Positions 23,823 to 38,203 of a DNA stretch of 64,000 bases are shown piece after piece. Within the stretch, counting starts at the first letter, position 1, and each line of letters begins with the position of its first letter. Made by a program: the position numbers and the translations under genes. The notes beneath the pieces were generated by a model. It searched no databases and was not told the DNA's origin. It saw nothing but the letters and a program-made list of their open reading frames with translations. Origin of the DNA: a virus (Duplodnaviria > Caudoviricetes). Location: positions 1 through 64,000 of IMG/VR virus record IMGVR_UViG_3300033463_000072. One strand, 5' to 3'.

Positions 23823-26800
23823 TTACCTCCCTATTCTATTATTTGCTGTTGTTTTACGTGCAATTTCAAGCATCTTGCTAAGTGCTTCTTCGCCTGCACG
23901 TTGTGCGTCGTAGTCATCAGCAATCTTTGTCACATTCATGTTTACTTCCGCACGTTCAATCGTAACGGAGTTAGAGTTATCAGAGATAGAATCATAAGTA
24001 GATTGTGATAGCCCACGATATGCCTCATTATAAGATTTAAGTAGACTAATAAGTGAACTTGGACGATCACTTAAAATATTCTCACGAAGAACCTAGGTCT
24101 ATTCCGCAGTAAAGATAGCTTCAGTACCTTGTTCTCCAATCTCATAAAGACCGTGGCCTGTATATCCACCACTTGCTTTTTTCTGAATCTTTAACTTATT
24201 TAAAGTATCAAGTAGTGTGTTAGCCGTAGTCCACGTTACAGGCTTAAGAGTTGATTGTGGAGTTATAACAGTCTTGGTTTGAGTTTGTGCCGCTTTCGCT
24301 GAATTATCCACAATTGTGTTAGCATAACTATCACTAATTGGGCCTTTAGCATAATTAATTGAATCAGCACCGCAAACACATCTACCATTATTATATCTAT
24401 GCTTTTCTTTTCCGACATCCTTATAAGTACCATTACTCTGTAATTTCTTCTTCATGTGGTAAGTATCATCAATCTTTTCATAGATATATTCCGCTTTAGG
24501 GGTTTTACCTTTACCTCCACCGTCGCCTCCACCACTTGCGGCAGGAGCTGGAGCAGAAGCACCTGTATTGCCACCAATTTCTTCATCAGAAACGGTTGGC
24601 GCTTCGGCTTCTTCTGGATTCAAATACTTATTAAGTAAATCATAAATATTGCCCGCGTTCTCTCTAAATTCGCCCCATTGTTGCGCTTTAAAGAGTTCTT
24701 CGGTGAAGCTCTTTTCATATTCAGTTGCGGATTGTCCCCAATACTCCTTTGTATTCTTCATAATGAATTCTGCAATATACTCTGGAGATTCGCTCATTAC
24801 TGCGTATACTTCCTGCCAAAGCATTCCGTGTTCCTTTTCATAAGCTAGGGTTTCTTCCATCAATTCAATCTACTTTTCTAACTTTTCAATCTGACGATCT
24901 GCCGCATCCTTGATTGCATCAATCTGTTGTTGCTGTACATCGAAGTACATATCCTTCTGCTTATCAGACAACTGCTTTTGTAGATTTGCAATTTCAGAAG
25001 CAGAGCCGCCGGAACGCTGTAGAATTGATAGCTGACGCTGAATCTTAGTGACTTCATTTTGATTCTATTGATTCTGATACATTTGCTGTTCGCGTTGCAT
25101 CTGCTCATTTAAGCCGTCAACCAAAGCATCTGTACTTTCCTTAATAGCATCTTTTTCGTCCTTAAGATTATCAATTGCGCGCTGCTTAATCTCTTCAACA
25201 GCTTTTAGAACGTCTTTTTCAAGATCGATCTAATTATCTCTAATGGCTTGTAGAATTTCATTTGCGCTATTCTGAGCCTCAACCGTTGCCTGTTCATGCT
25301 CCATAATAGAATCATGTAGACTCTGCATTTCTTCCTTATCGGCATCAATCTTATCCCAGAAGGCTTGTACAGCAGTTGCATACCACTCATTGCCTTCTTT
25401 CTTAATTTGATTACCAGAAGAATCATATTGCATGAACTGTTCGAAGCCCGCGGCAACTAATTGTTTATATTGCTCTTCAGCAGTATAATTAGCTTCGCCA
25501 GTTACCTCGTTACGTCCAGCGAGGTCAGATAGCCATTCAAATGCGCTCTTATCGCCATATATATCTTTGTAGTATAGCTGGCCTGTTTCACTGAAGCCGT
25601 ATAAAGCACTAAATGCACTTTGCTGATTTAGTTCTTTTCTACGTTTATCAAAGTATGCTTGTTGCGAGTTCAGTAGAGAACGTTCAACAGCTATTTGTTG
25701 TCTTAACTTATCTAAAGTAGCAACCTGGCTAGTATAGTATTCTTTACCATGTGCAATTAAGTTACTCTGATATTCATTACGTTTTGCTTCTTCTTGATTG
25801 ATTTCTTTTTCAAGTTGAGCAATCTGTTGTAACCAGTCATACCAACGCTCTAGGTCTTTAAGGAAGGCTTTAGGATCTCCTCCACCGCCTCCACCACCGC
25901 CGCCTTTACCAGCGAGGTCTTGCGCGCTTAAACCAGCTAATGCGTTCCATTGTGCGCGTAGTTGCTTTAATGCAGCTAACGCCGCGGAAGCACTTGCCAT
26001 AGCAGGACCAGTACCTTTTGCAGCGGCAGGTAATTCGATTTCTGCAATTGGAGCGTTCCATAAGTGGCCGCTTACGCCGCCATTAGAGGTAATGACTTGA
26101 TAGTTGTAAGTCCAGCCTGTCTTCCATGGAACATCTTTTCCACCAGAATTAGCAGGTCCTTCAACATTACCTTTAGCGTAAGAAATAGCATTTTGTTCGT
26201 TAGTAAATGGTTTACCACGAGAACCGATACTACCAGAACTCATTAATCTTTCAGTCTGCTTATGATTGAATACAATCGCATCCTTTTCAAGATTAACAAA
26301 TTCCGCACCAGCTTGACCAACAACAAAGTAATGTCCATTGGAAACTACAAGTTCTGGGCCAAGTTCACCCATTAGGGTTGGAGTACCAGCCGCAAGAGCA
26401 ACATTGCCCTTTGCGTTACTACCACCACCGTGCTGTACACGAACAATAATATTAGCAATTGCTTGTACTGTTTTTCCAGTAATTGAAATATTATTTAATG
26501 CCGATTTTGCGGCCTGAGCAGGACCAGGATTGATAGTATTAATTGCGTTCTTTGCAGAAACAGCTTTAGCAGGAATAATTCCATTTGCTGCTTCCTTTAA
26601 TGCTTCAACTTTAGAAGCTTTAATACCATCAAGAGTATCAGCAATCGCTTTAAATGGATTGCTAATACCTTCAAATAGTACAGAAAGATTCATTCCACCA
26701 AAGGAGTCTTCACCTTCAATAGAACCATTTGGAGCCTTTAGTTGAGCAAGGCCTTGTGCAATCTTGCTATAATCAACAGCTTGTAGTTCTTGTAGAACAC

Positions 26801-29800
26801 TAAGCATGCTGGATAGTGCACTTGCAACTTCTTTAGGTCCATCTGCACTAATATCATTTAGTGCGGAAACAATATCTGGAATTGCATTTGTAATACCTTT
26901 TGTAATGATATCTCCTAAGTTAATATCAATACCAAGAGCATTAGCAATCTCTTCCGCAGATAAGCCACGTAATTGAGAGAATATAGCATTTTCATTAATA
27001 ATGCGGTTAACTTCAATTACGTCACCTTTACTTAATGCACTTTCTAGTTCTTGTCTCAACTGTTCATCTACAGCCTTATAAGAGACAGAATCAAGTTTAA
27101 TTGCCCCAGTTTCTAACTTAACTCTAACAGCTTTTTGTGCTCTTGTTTCCGCTGGTTCATGTGCAATTAAGTTTTCTACATATTCGGTGAGTGAGTTACC
27201 TTCAACGCCAGCTCCGGTAAATTTCATATTACCTTCTTTATCACGATTGACATTGACAGTCGCACCGTCAACTTCTATCGTGCCATAGGCCGTTCCATCT
27301 GCATGATATACTGCATTAGTTGAACCAATAGATTCAAATGCGGCCATAGCTAACGCTTCATCTAGGTTATCGTAAGATTCACCGCCAGGAGTCTCATAAT
27401 TTCCATCTTCGGTTTCAATAACCATTGAACCCTTCTTAATATGTAAAATTGAGTCTCCTAATTCAATAGTTCCTTCAAAGTTAGAGCTACCCATGACTTG
27501 CTGAATAGATCCATATAGATCATCCAAATTATATTCGCCAGAGGTATACATCTTATATAAGGAATTAATTACAGAAGTGAAATTAGTAGCTTCTTCTTTC
27601 GTCAAACCACTAGAAACAGCTTTCTTAGCCCAATTACGTAAAGACGTTGAGTTAATTAAAATGTTATCTAATGCTTTTCCTAAGTCACTATCTGGATCAG
27701 CAGGAATTAATACATTGTTAAGCCAATCAATAGCCTTTTGATTATTAATCTATCGTTCTTCTCCTTCTTGCCAATTAATAACCGGGAATAAATCTATTAT
27801 ATCAATAGTGTCATTCGCACCAGTAATATCTCCAAGTTTTTCCATTGCTACGACGGTTTCAAGTAACTGAATCATACCGTCTAACATTTTAACTTGGGAC
27901 TTGGCTAAAGACTGAATACCTTGGGTAACTCCGCTAGAGAAGGCATCGGCTCCGGCTTCGAAGTCTAATTCCATTCCGCTTAATGCTACCTTAATCTCAC
28001 CAGTATTAGTTGCAACTAGTGATGCCGCGCCTTTTTCAATTAGTTTTGCGGCGGCTTCTAAGGAACCATCAAGTTCTTGACCAGCAAATGTAATCTTGTG
28101 ACTTTCAGACGCAAGATTATTCATTTCTGTAATCATATTATACCAATCTTGGTAATCAATGAAACCAGATTGTATTGTTTCACCATCTCTGGTATAGCTT
28201 CCTCTTTCTTTATTCTTTAATGCATCATTAAATCCTTTAATCGCCTTAGCCCAGTTATTAAAGTAATTAATTGGATTGTTCTAAGCTCCTGGGATTGAGT
28301 TAGACATAAAGTTGAAGGAGGAATCTTCGGTAGTAGAACGTACTGCAAGAATTTCTTTAGCTAAAGCCAATTCTTGAGCATACTGTTGCGAACGCTCTGG
28401 ATGGGTTTCGCTTTCAATCCAGGCAATACGATTCATAATATCTGAAATGCTTCTATAATGTTCATCTGTAGATGTTAATGAACTATTTAATTCATCAAAT
28501 ACTAATTTTGCTTGGAAAGCATCAATTTGTTTTAATTGATAATATAGAGCAGTTGCAGATTCTTGTGCTAATTTAAATCCATCAGCTGTTTTAGTAAAGT
28601 CAGCTTCAGTAAGAGTAATTCCTAACTGCGTACTTGCAAGATTCTATAAGTTGTTTTTGTCAACATTACTTAAACTGCCTTTAATACCATTGGTAATTAA
28701 ATCGCCAATTTCTTGTAATATCTTTGCTATTGAATCAGCAAGTTCAGCAATCTGATCAGGAATTAATTGTCCCGCCTTTGCGGCAGCATTAGAAAGAGCA
28801 TTGATAATGCCAGGGATGTTAGCATTTTGAGATAGAGAAAGCACTCCATTTTCTAAAGATGCATGCATTCCTTCAAGAGAAGCATTAAGTACATCTTCGC
28901 CTAAAGTACTCAAGTAAGCTACGCTTACCTTTGTATTAGGCTTAGCTTCTGCCAAACTCTTTATTTCATTATAAATCTCTTCACTAAATTTGTTTGTCTT
29001 ATTAATCTGTGCTTCATTAAAATCATTTAAGGCATCTAAATACTCAGTAGATGTACGGGAAATAGCCACACCAAACTGCGCTTCAAGCGCGAGAATGAAT
29101 GAATCAAAACTGCCTTGAATTTCATACTTATTGGTGAGTGTATTATAACTTAAATGACCTTGTAAAGCACCTAAAACTTCACCGGAAGTTACATCAATGA
29201 TACTAGTAAGTCTTCTACCAAAACTATTAGCTAGTGATTCAAGAGAATCAGTAGTAATATCACCCGTAGCAAAATCAAGTGCAACGCCATTCTTTCCGCC
29301 ATTATTAAATAAAGAAGCTTCAAGAATTGCCTTTGCATTGGCATTATAGTCACTTAATGCATATCCGGCTTCTCCAATACTAGCCGCTAACGTATCTAAG
29401 AACTGCTTCGCGGCCGCTATCGCTTGTTCAGAACCCGCTTTAATTCCGGTAATACTGATACCTAATTCCGCGGCGGCACCCATGGTTTTATCGGTAATAA
29501 TTGAACCGACAGAAGTTAACTGATCAATAGCATTTGTATACTGCTCAATATTGCTCTTCTTTACATCGGTTTTGGTAGCCTTAGAAATGATATTTTCATA
29601 TCCATGCTTTTTAAGTAACAGTTCAAATGAACCAAAATTACCTTTAAGCAAGTCGGTAATAATATTTTCAGTAAACTCATTTGCTTCAATACCTAATTGA
29701 CTCAAATAGAAAGTTAATAATTCAGTACCTTTCTCTTTGGTAATTGTGCCATCTGCAAATTCGTTCCAATTAAAGCTGGTTAGTACGGTTAACGGTAAAG

Positions 29801-32800
29801 CAGCAAGGATTCGTTCTAGAGCTGGACCTTGAATCTCTTGTAAACTCTTTAATTTGTCTAATTGTTGTTGTAGATATTCAACAACATCAATATGCTAACT
29901 TTCAGCATCTTGTTCCCAAGTCTGGAGTTTAGCATTGAAGGACTCAATAGACTCCTTCCGGTCGCCCATCTTAACGATGTCACCAGTTGCAGATGTAAAG
30001 GTTACATTATCGAAATCTGCATTAGAACGGTAATTATCAATATAAGATTGTAATAAAGCAATCTATGCACTTGTTTTATCCGAAGCCTCAACTAATCCAT
30101 CAGAATAAGATTTAACTAACTGATTGTATCCTTCGGTAGTTGCGTCAAGTGTTAAGTCCCATTTGCCAATATCAGAATCAAACTTAATTAAATCTGTTGC
30201 AATGCGGTCCTTAGCTTCAGATTTATCGATAATCTCTTGTGCTTTCTTTAAAGCCTCGGAGTATTCTAGCCCCTTACCAAAATTCTTAAAGAACTTGTCG
30301 GTAGACTCTGCGAGTTCTGGTGCGCTTTCAGCAAGCTGTAGATACATAGCTTCAACGTTATCAGCAATACGGTTACGGGCTTTAGTTAAAACACTAATTA
30401 ATGTTTTATATTTGTCTTTTAATTCAAGAGAACTTAAAGCTTCAATAGCAGAATCAAGACTGTCAGTATCGGCAATATCTAAGTCTTTGAGGATTGAATA
30501 TGCTTCATCTTGATATTCAGGCTCAAGTTTCCCGATCTGGGTATAAATTTGTCCTACACCAAGTAGATAATTACGTGCAAGAACTTTATATCCTTGTTTC
30601 TGTAAGTCTTTATATTGCTTAAATGCGCTTTGTAGCTAAGGAATAAATTCTGATTTAACGTTATCATCAGTAACTTTTTCATCGAATAACTTAGTAAATT
30701 GTTCTTGATAACGATCTAAGTTATCAGTAATACCCTTAGTATATTGATCACGTATTTTATCGAATGTTGACGTCCACTCTTTAGCATAACTATCAACAAT
30801 AATCTTATTAGAAAGTTCGCCCTTTCCTTCCGCGGCTAAAGCTTCACGAAGTTTATCTTTAGAACGATAATCTTCAATATTAAAAGACTCTTGTAACCAC
30901 TTTACAGCATCAGCATGACTGGTAGCCCATTCAAGCCAGCTATCATACTGTGCTTTAAATATATCAGCATTCTTGACGTCACTAAAATCAATTCCGCCAT
31001 TTTCATTATAATAATCATTATCATATAGGCGGCTAATCATCTTAGTAATAAAGGTATCATAACCTCTATCAAGATACTTATTACGGGTTTCATTATCTAA
31101 TAACTCAAACTGTTTATCTACTTCTACTAATGCAGTAGAGTATGTTTTAGATTTTGAACGTGTAAGCTAGCTCTTGTCAATCTGATTAATACGTTCCTAC
31201 GCCCAAGTGTCGATTCGTACAATTAAATCTTCTAAACTCTTTGGTTCTTCAATGTTACTATAAGACTCAAAATCAAATAGTTTAAGAATATTAGCATCTG
31301 GAATTTGTCTGTTTAGACTTTCAATGGACTCTTTAAGTTTGTTCTTTGCAAGAGGTACACTACTGTCCATTCCGTTTTCGCCATTCAAAGCAACATGAGC
31401 CATATCTAAGTTTTCTCTTAATTGCTCATATGCTTCTTTCTGGTCATTAGCTAAATTTTCTTCACGTTCAATACTTTCTACGGTCGCTCTCGCGGCATTA
31501 GTACGAGCAGAAGCCAATTCATCTTCTAAAGCAGCTAAGTCAATCGTTTTATTTCCGACTTCATCCATTTTAGCGACTAATAATGGGTACGAGTCACCTA
31601 ATTGATTCTAATAATCAGTAAATTCTTTTAGTGATTCACTAGAGGAAGAAGCTGCTTCCTGAAGTGTAATTAATTTGTCACGAGCCGAAGATAATTCATC
31701 AACCTTACCTTGTGCTTTAACCTGTTTTGATTTAGCTTCTTGTATATTCTTTTCATCTAATTCAATCTAACGTTCTAATGTAACGTTATGCATACTAATT
31801 GCTGAAATTGCAGAAGGTAAGAATGAAACAATTGCTGATAAAGCACCGACAAGTGGACTACCAGACATTAAAGTTCCAGATAAGAAACCGGAACCTGCAT
31901 TTAGTAATGCAGAAATGCCCATATTATGGCCTGCTGCCTGGTCTTCGCTACGGCTCATGCTGGAACCATATTGACTCATGGCATTCATAGACAACATAGC
32001 CGCGCCAGTAGATAAAGCCGATGAGGCATAAAGACCAGCCATGCGACCAGCACTAGTATTAAGGAATGCTGAGAATCCTGTAACACCAGCAGCATTTAAC
32101 TTTTGCATTTCAGCGCGGAAACGCTCTACAAAGCTACGTCCGGCTATTGTTCCAGCTTGTCCACTATCACTAATAACAGTAGTGAATAGATTTTTACCAG
32201 AAGTTTTAATAGTTTCTAGACTTGTCTAAACTGAAGCAATAATTAATTTTAATATATTTTTAATTGCATTAACAACTTGTAATCCAACTGCGATTGCAGT
32301 AGTTGGGAAATTACCAAAAACTTTTGGTAAATCATTCGCGGCACTAATAACATTAGTAATAGTATCTAATATGCCTTTATAAAGATTTTCAATACCAGAG
32401 CTAGTGTAGAACTCTTGAACTGTAACTTTCATCTGTTCAATCTTTGCATCAACAGAGTCAAGGGTCTTTAGAGTCTGTAATTCACCAGCATTATCAGCAT
32501 TATTAGCAAGTTCTAATGCTCTCTTATATTCTTCAACATTGCTTACTAATGCTAAGAAACGAGACTGTTGTCTGTTACCAGCCATAACAGTAGCAATATA
32601 ACGTTGAGTATTTGTATCAATGGTATCCCAATGCTCAGCTAATTCTAAGATAACGTCATCGAAATCTCTAAATTGGCCAGTCGCATCATGGATGCTAACA
32701 CCGATAGTCTGCAAGGCTTTATCAACTTTGTTTAAGCTGTATTCTTCACCTTCATCATCGATACCTGTAACATTTTCTTTCATTTCACCATAACGTGCAA

Positions 32801-34967
32801 TGATAGACTTTAATGCAGTACCAATGTTGGTTGCAGATTCACGAGTGGTTGCAATCATGGTTGCCATCATGGCAGAAGTGGACTCAAAGCTAGAACCTAC
32901 AGAAGCGGCAGATGCTGCTGTCTTACTAATTGCAGTTGCAAGTTCTTCTGTACTAGAAGCTGTATGTGCGGCTAAGTTACTGAATACGTCGGTAACATGC
33001 GCGGCATCAGTCATCTCTAATTTGAAACCGCGAATAGCTGTTGTCATGTAGTCAGCAGCCGTGCTATAATCAATTCCTGCGATACGAGCCATCTTCAAGG
33101 TTTCTTGAGTTAGGGTCATTACATCGCCCTGTTGTAAACCTTGCTGATAGTAAATCTGAGAAACTTCATATACACCTTTAATTGCTACGCCATATTGACG
33201 AGCAATTTCACTGTATTTACCAATCTGTCCCCATAAATCACTCTGAGACATATTAGTAACAACAGCGATTTTAGTCATAACCTGGTCAAGTTCTTGGACA
33301 TGCTGCTTCATGTCATTAACAGCACGCTTGGTTAGATTTAATACTTGCCAGAAGCCCATCCAACGGTCAACTGCCATTTTAACGTTACTTAATGCTTGTT
33401 GACGATGTTCTAATTTAGATAGACTTTCAATATATGATTCAAGAGAAGATTTTGCTTGATTTAAATTATCATTCGCTCCTGGAACTTCTAATTTTGTTTC
33501 ATTGGCCTTCTGTTTCTTTTCAACAAACTGTCCTAATGAACCATTGAGTTCTTCGATAGCTGATAATAACTGACGCACGCGCTCGGCTTCTCCTTCTGCG
33601 GAAGAAGAAACTAATCCATCCGCGGCACCAAGCTCACTTTTCTTGTTTTTTAAATCATCTAAAGATATATTTAGATTTTCAATCTAAGTACGTAAATTGT
33701 TAGCATAACTATCGAGACCAGTACGTACAGACTGTATAAATTGCCCGAAGTCCATATCTTTAGTTATGCTGTTGAAAATATTTTGAATATTAGTATCTTC
33801 AAGAATATCTTTACCAAAGGCTTCTGTAAAGATAGTTTTTAATTGAGCACGTAGTTTATCTGGAGAGATAACCTTGTTAACATCAATTCCATCAAATACA
33901 TTCTTAATATTGGCTAGCATTTGCTCGCCCAAATCTGCAGTTTTAATTGCATCATTGAACTGGCCTTCAATAGACTTAATATACTTAAGCCAATTGACTT
34001 CATTCGCATCTCCAAAGATACCAAACCGCTGTCCAATTTCATCTGCGCGAGCTTTTTGTTCCGCCGCAGAGCCGCCCTTTGGCATTTTGTATAGAGATTT
34101 GAGTTCTTCCAAAGCGGCTTTATATTGAGGAATTTGCTCTCTTACTTTAACAATTCCATCACGAATACTATTACATTCTTGTTCTATGAACTTCTGAATG
34201 TCTCCGCCGGTCTTTACATTGCCCTATTTACCAGCATATCCTTCATACTAGGCATAGAAATTCTTTAATGCTTCCGTATATTGGAATAGATTTTCGCTCT
34301 TAAAGGTGGTCTTAGTGGTTGCCATGTCAAGAGCATTTTGAATCTTATCCGTAAAGCTAGTCAGTTTATCTCCACTTAAAGAACCTAGTAGAGTATTCAG
34401 ATTAGTTATACGCTGATCGATAGATTCAATTTCGCTATTAACATTTGCGGTTTCTTTGCGAATTTCACTACTTAATTTACTAAAAGTAATTTTATCGATT
34501 TCGCCGCCAAGATTGGAAATAATCTCACGAACTTTATCTGCGCCTGCGGCACTACTGTCATCAAAGATTTTACCAATCTTACCCTTATTAACGATCTCAA
34601 TCTCTTTCTATAATTCTCTTAACCTATTGAGCATTCCGTCAACAGACTCCTGCTCCTCGGTAGATAATTTTAGACCTTCTAAGCCAACATTACCAAATTT
34701 AGCTTTGGCTACAGTAAGCATAGAGATTAATTTCTCATAATCCTTTAGGAAACTTTTCGTACCAGAAGAGGTTTTAAACGCATCGGCCATTTTGCCTTTT
34801 AAGTTATCCGCGGCATTTCCAATCTTGTTGATAATGCCTAATATCTCCTAATACGCAGAGGAGTCCGGCTTAACACTCTCATTGACGATTTGCTTTAACT
34901 AATTAGCCTATGCAATTACGCCTGATAAACCTAGCGTCACTTGCGCCTCAATTGTGTTATTTCCCAT
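23823..34967 (-). CDS. tape measure protein (~3714 aa with TAG read-through)
   Basis: Eleven fragments all in one frame; TP901-like core (ELDQVMTKIAVVT, IGTALKSIIARY); Ala-rich helical composition; GELGPE motif; not every gap was checked codon by codon. Confidence 0.85.
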
Positions 34968-34997
34968 GCCTTCTCACTTCCTTTTTTCTCATATAAT

Positions 34998-35030
34998 AAA
35001 AAAAGAGCCACTTTCGTAAGAAAGTGGCTT
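34998..35030 (-). terminator. intrinsic terminator upstream of tape measure gene
   Basis: AGCCACTTTC-loop-GAAAGTGGCT followed by T-tract on - strand. Confidence 0.75.
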
Positions 35031-35901
35031 AAATGTCAGCGTCGATATCTCTATCAAGACGCGTGATCTCCATAATTAAATTTTTCTTCTCCCCAATAGT
35101 TTCTGGCATTCCGATAATATTGAATGTTGAAACAGTAGGATCGGCCCTTTCTCCCAATCGTAAGCTAATATCACTTACGATCCTAACTTTAGGCATATAC
35201 AAAATATTTGTATAATTATGCCCTTCATTTTCATCCTTTGAGTAGAATTTTGCTTCTAACGTAAAAAGACCATTAAATCTTTCTTTTTGAATACTATAAA
35301 GAAGCGCTTCATCCTCATATTTATAGTAGTAATCAATAACAAAATTCCCACCATTATTTATCGGGTGCTCACAATTTTTATCACTAAAAATTTCCAATCT
35401 TGGGTAATCATTTTTTTCTTCAACTTCTAAGTTGGTTCTATATTTCCGACCATAAACCTTCTGCTAAATAGCATTACGTTCATAGGTAAAAATAAATGTC
35501 TTCTTCTCCGGATATGATACGGGCCAATGTTTTATATCCAGAACGTTATCAAAGGAACACTCTTTTGGGCCTTCTTTTACATGTATATATAAAGGTTGAT
35601 TGTCTTGTTCGGATGCAACATTTGCGGAAAGCAAGATGCCCATGCCAACAGACGACATAACACCTTCTACTATCTAAAACTGAACTTCACTACGTTCGTC
35701 CCAAATAACATGCGGCATGTTACCCCAGCCGCCCTTTGCGAATATAGGTTTATTTTGCTCGGTAAGTAGGGACATATTTACCGTATTAAAATACATTATC
35801 GGTTCATCTGCTTCAATATACCGATTGCCAAACTGCATTGGATTCTTTGCACGAAGTACAACTTCATACAACTCTTTATGTCCAAAATATTGATCTTGCA
35901 T
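35029..35901 (-). CDS. tail tube-like protein, paralog of major tail protein (2 TAG)
   Basis: Fragments 35029/35464/35674 joined by TAG; FGHKELYEV, GGWGNMPHVIWD, ADPTVSTFNI match the major tail protein. Confidence 0.7.
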
Positions 35902-35918
35902 AGGTATCACCGCCTATT

Positions 35919-35953
35919 AAAAAAAATAAAGGGCTTTCCTTTTGGGAAAGCCC
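35919..35953 (-). terminator. intrinsic terminator after major tail gene
   Basis: GGGCTTTCC hairpin plus T-tract on - strand. Confidence 0.8.
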
Positions 35954-35966
35954 GTTATTCACACGA

Positions 35967-36908
35967 TTAAGATCCGCCAACAACAGAGCCAATATCGTCA
36001 GCAGCAGCAGAGCTGGTAGCACCGCTGATGTTATAACGAACTAGCTTCATCATTTCGTTCTCACCAGCATCGTTGGTAGAACGTAGTACGTTTAGAGTCA
36101 TCTCAAACGTAGTAGGATCGCCTTCAGCCTGAAGGGTTAGAGTTACATTACTCTGTACCTTAGCCTTGTTGATGATGAACTGGAAGGGCTCGTCCTTACC
36201 AGTTTCCTGAGCACGCATGAAGGTGTCACCGACAACCTTGTAAGTGCCAGGGAAGGTATCTGGGGAAATGGTAACTTCAACGGCAGTTTCCTTACCATTG
36301 TTATTGGTTAGAACTTCTTCCCAGAAAATACGTACGTGATCGCCCTGTGCAGACTGCACAGGATCAGCACCGATTAACTTAGGATTCTTAAAGTTAATTG
36401 GCTTAGTACCATCAATGGTGCTGGCAGTAAGCTGAGTACGAGTACCGGTCGTAAGGTTGATTAGACGAACTGGGTGAGCAACAGAAGCAGTAATAGCACT
36501 GAACTGTTCACCAGTTAGATGATCCTTTGGTAGTGGTAGAACGCCATTTTCGCCGCAAACAACTTCTTCAGTATGACGAACAATAATAGGTTCCTGAGCA
36601 GTAGGATCCTTCTTAATAGCGCCACCAAGCATGAAACGTAAGGATTCTAGAGACATTAGAGCATCTTCTAGAGTAATGTTAAGTTCCTTACCATAGTCCC
36701 ACTGTACGAGTTTAGGGTTGCCCCAGCCGCCCTGTGCAGCAACATTTTCAGCAGTAGCTTCAATGGTGGAGACCTTTAGGGTATCAAGGAATAGAACGAT
36801 ATCTCCCTTATAAACACCAGCAGCAACATCATCGTCGAGAGCTTCAAAGTATACGTTAGCAACCTCTTTAATGCCATATTTGTCAAAAATATTAACGTTA
36901 CTTGCCAT
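35967..36908 (-). CDS. major tail (tube) protein
   Basis: YGIKEVA, GGWGNPKL, AEGDPTTFEMTL; strongly biased codon usage; own terminator; no TAG. Confidence 0.8.
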   Translation of the reverse strand: MASNVNIFDKYGIKEVANVYFEALDDDVAAGVYKGDIVLFLDTLKVSTIEATAENVAAQGGWGNPKLVQWDYGKELNITLEDALMSLESLRFMLGGAIKKDPTAQEPIIVRHTEEVVCGENGVLPLPKDHLTGEQFSAITASVAHPVRLINLTTGTRTQLTASTIDGTKPINFKNPKLIGADPVQSAQGDHVRIFWEEVLTNNNGKETAVEVTISPDTFPGTYKVVGDTFMRAQETGKDEPFQFIINKAKVQSNVTLTLQAEGDPTTFEMTLNVLRSTNDAGENEMMKLVRYNISGATSSAAADDIGSVVGGS

Positions 36909-36926
36909 AAGAGTTTACCTCCTTTT

Positions 36927-37700
36927 TTATTTGTCAGAACTAGCAATGGAGCGCATCCAATGCTTCAGCTAAGACTTATTGATTTTCGCGCCCGCGAGGG
37001 CAGCTTGCTAATTTATATTAAACTAGTCACGCCAACCCATCCGCTTTAGCTGATCGTGAAAAGCATAATATGTAATATCCCAAACATTTACCATGTTTAG
37101 GCCACAATCATTGATAGTAATACTACCAATGAGATCGGACATTTTTAAATCCGACTTTTCTTGTGCGGCTTTAGCCGCCTTTGCACGACGAACCTTTTCA
37201 CGGTTCACGCGCATTTGCATTTTTAATCTCTTCGTAGCTGGTAAATCATCATCATAGATAATAATTTCATCGCCTTCATTCTCAAGAAAATACATTCTTC
37301 GTAATAGGCGCTACAAGTCATAAAAATGTGATTCATCAAGGATATGTTGTTCTTCAACCGGCCCTAATAAAATCTAAGGCGGCGCCAACATAATAGTTGC
37401 ATCTGAACGAGTAAAGAAGAATAATGCTTCTTTAAGTAATGAATTAATTGTTATATCGTTTGCTGAAAGTAGAAGCAAATACTGAAAATCACTTAACTCA
37501 TTAAACATTTTTTTAAATTCTTCATCACCTTTTAGATCCGTAGGTTTAGTCGCAGTTAAAATACTTAAATATTGCTAAAATTTTTCATAACCTACATCAA
37601 CTATCTCACCTAGTTTTACAGAATAAACAGCGCATATATCATCAAGGAATACAGGACCGCCCTTCATAAACTTCAATACTTCATTATCAGTTAAATTCAT
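36927..37700 (-). CDS. tail-associated protein/possible assembly chaperone (257 aa, several TAG)
   Basis: ATG 37700 overlaps upstream stop; read-through gives WRDQFNINQQAALAGAK..LKHW; position between terminator-like gene and tail tube. Confidence 0.65.
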
Positions 37701-38193
37701 TGATTCTGTATTTCATTGTATAACCGCCAATTTGAGGAGTAAATACCGTTCGGTCTGCTCTCAAAAACTGTAATGTGCCGATGCCTTCCATTTGAGCACC
37801 ATTAAACTTTCTGTCGATTTGTTCCATAATTAAGTATGGGCGAAGGGAATTCCCATCTAAAACCCATTCATCATATGGACAAGCAATATCGAAGCTAATG
37901 GTACTAACCTTAAAATCTGGGTTAACCGCATTGGCAATAAAGTTATCAAATAAAGCGACTATATATGAAGTCTTTTCCGTACTTTCATCCCAAATCTTAG
38001 GAGTAATCATAATTTGCTTATTCAGCAAGGTCACTCCATCAACATCGGGATATTTCTCTTTATCAAAAGGATCTCGTACTTGATATTTTAAAAGGCGGCA
38101 TATGCGTTGATCTTGTAGTATTTTGTTGGCCATGTTAAATGCGTTATTACCCATTACTGAAAATCTACGTTGAGTAGGCTCTTGAATCTGCAT
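37687..38193 (-). CDS. tail completion/terminator-like protein
   Basis: 168-aa ORF in head-tail joining position; LRPYLIME..D..F motif. Confidence 0.6.
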   Translation of the reverse strand: MQIQEPTQRRFSVMGNNAFNMANKILQDQRICRLLKYQVRDPFDKEKYPDVDGVTLLNKQIMITPKIWDESTEKTSYIVALFDNFIANAVNPDFKVSTISFDIACPYDEWVLDGNSLRPYLIMEQIDRKFNGAQMEGIGTLQFLRADRTVFTPQIGGYTMKYRINEFN

Positions 38194-38203
38194 TTAACTC
38201 ACC

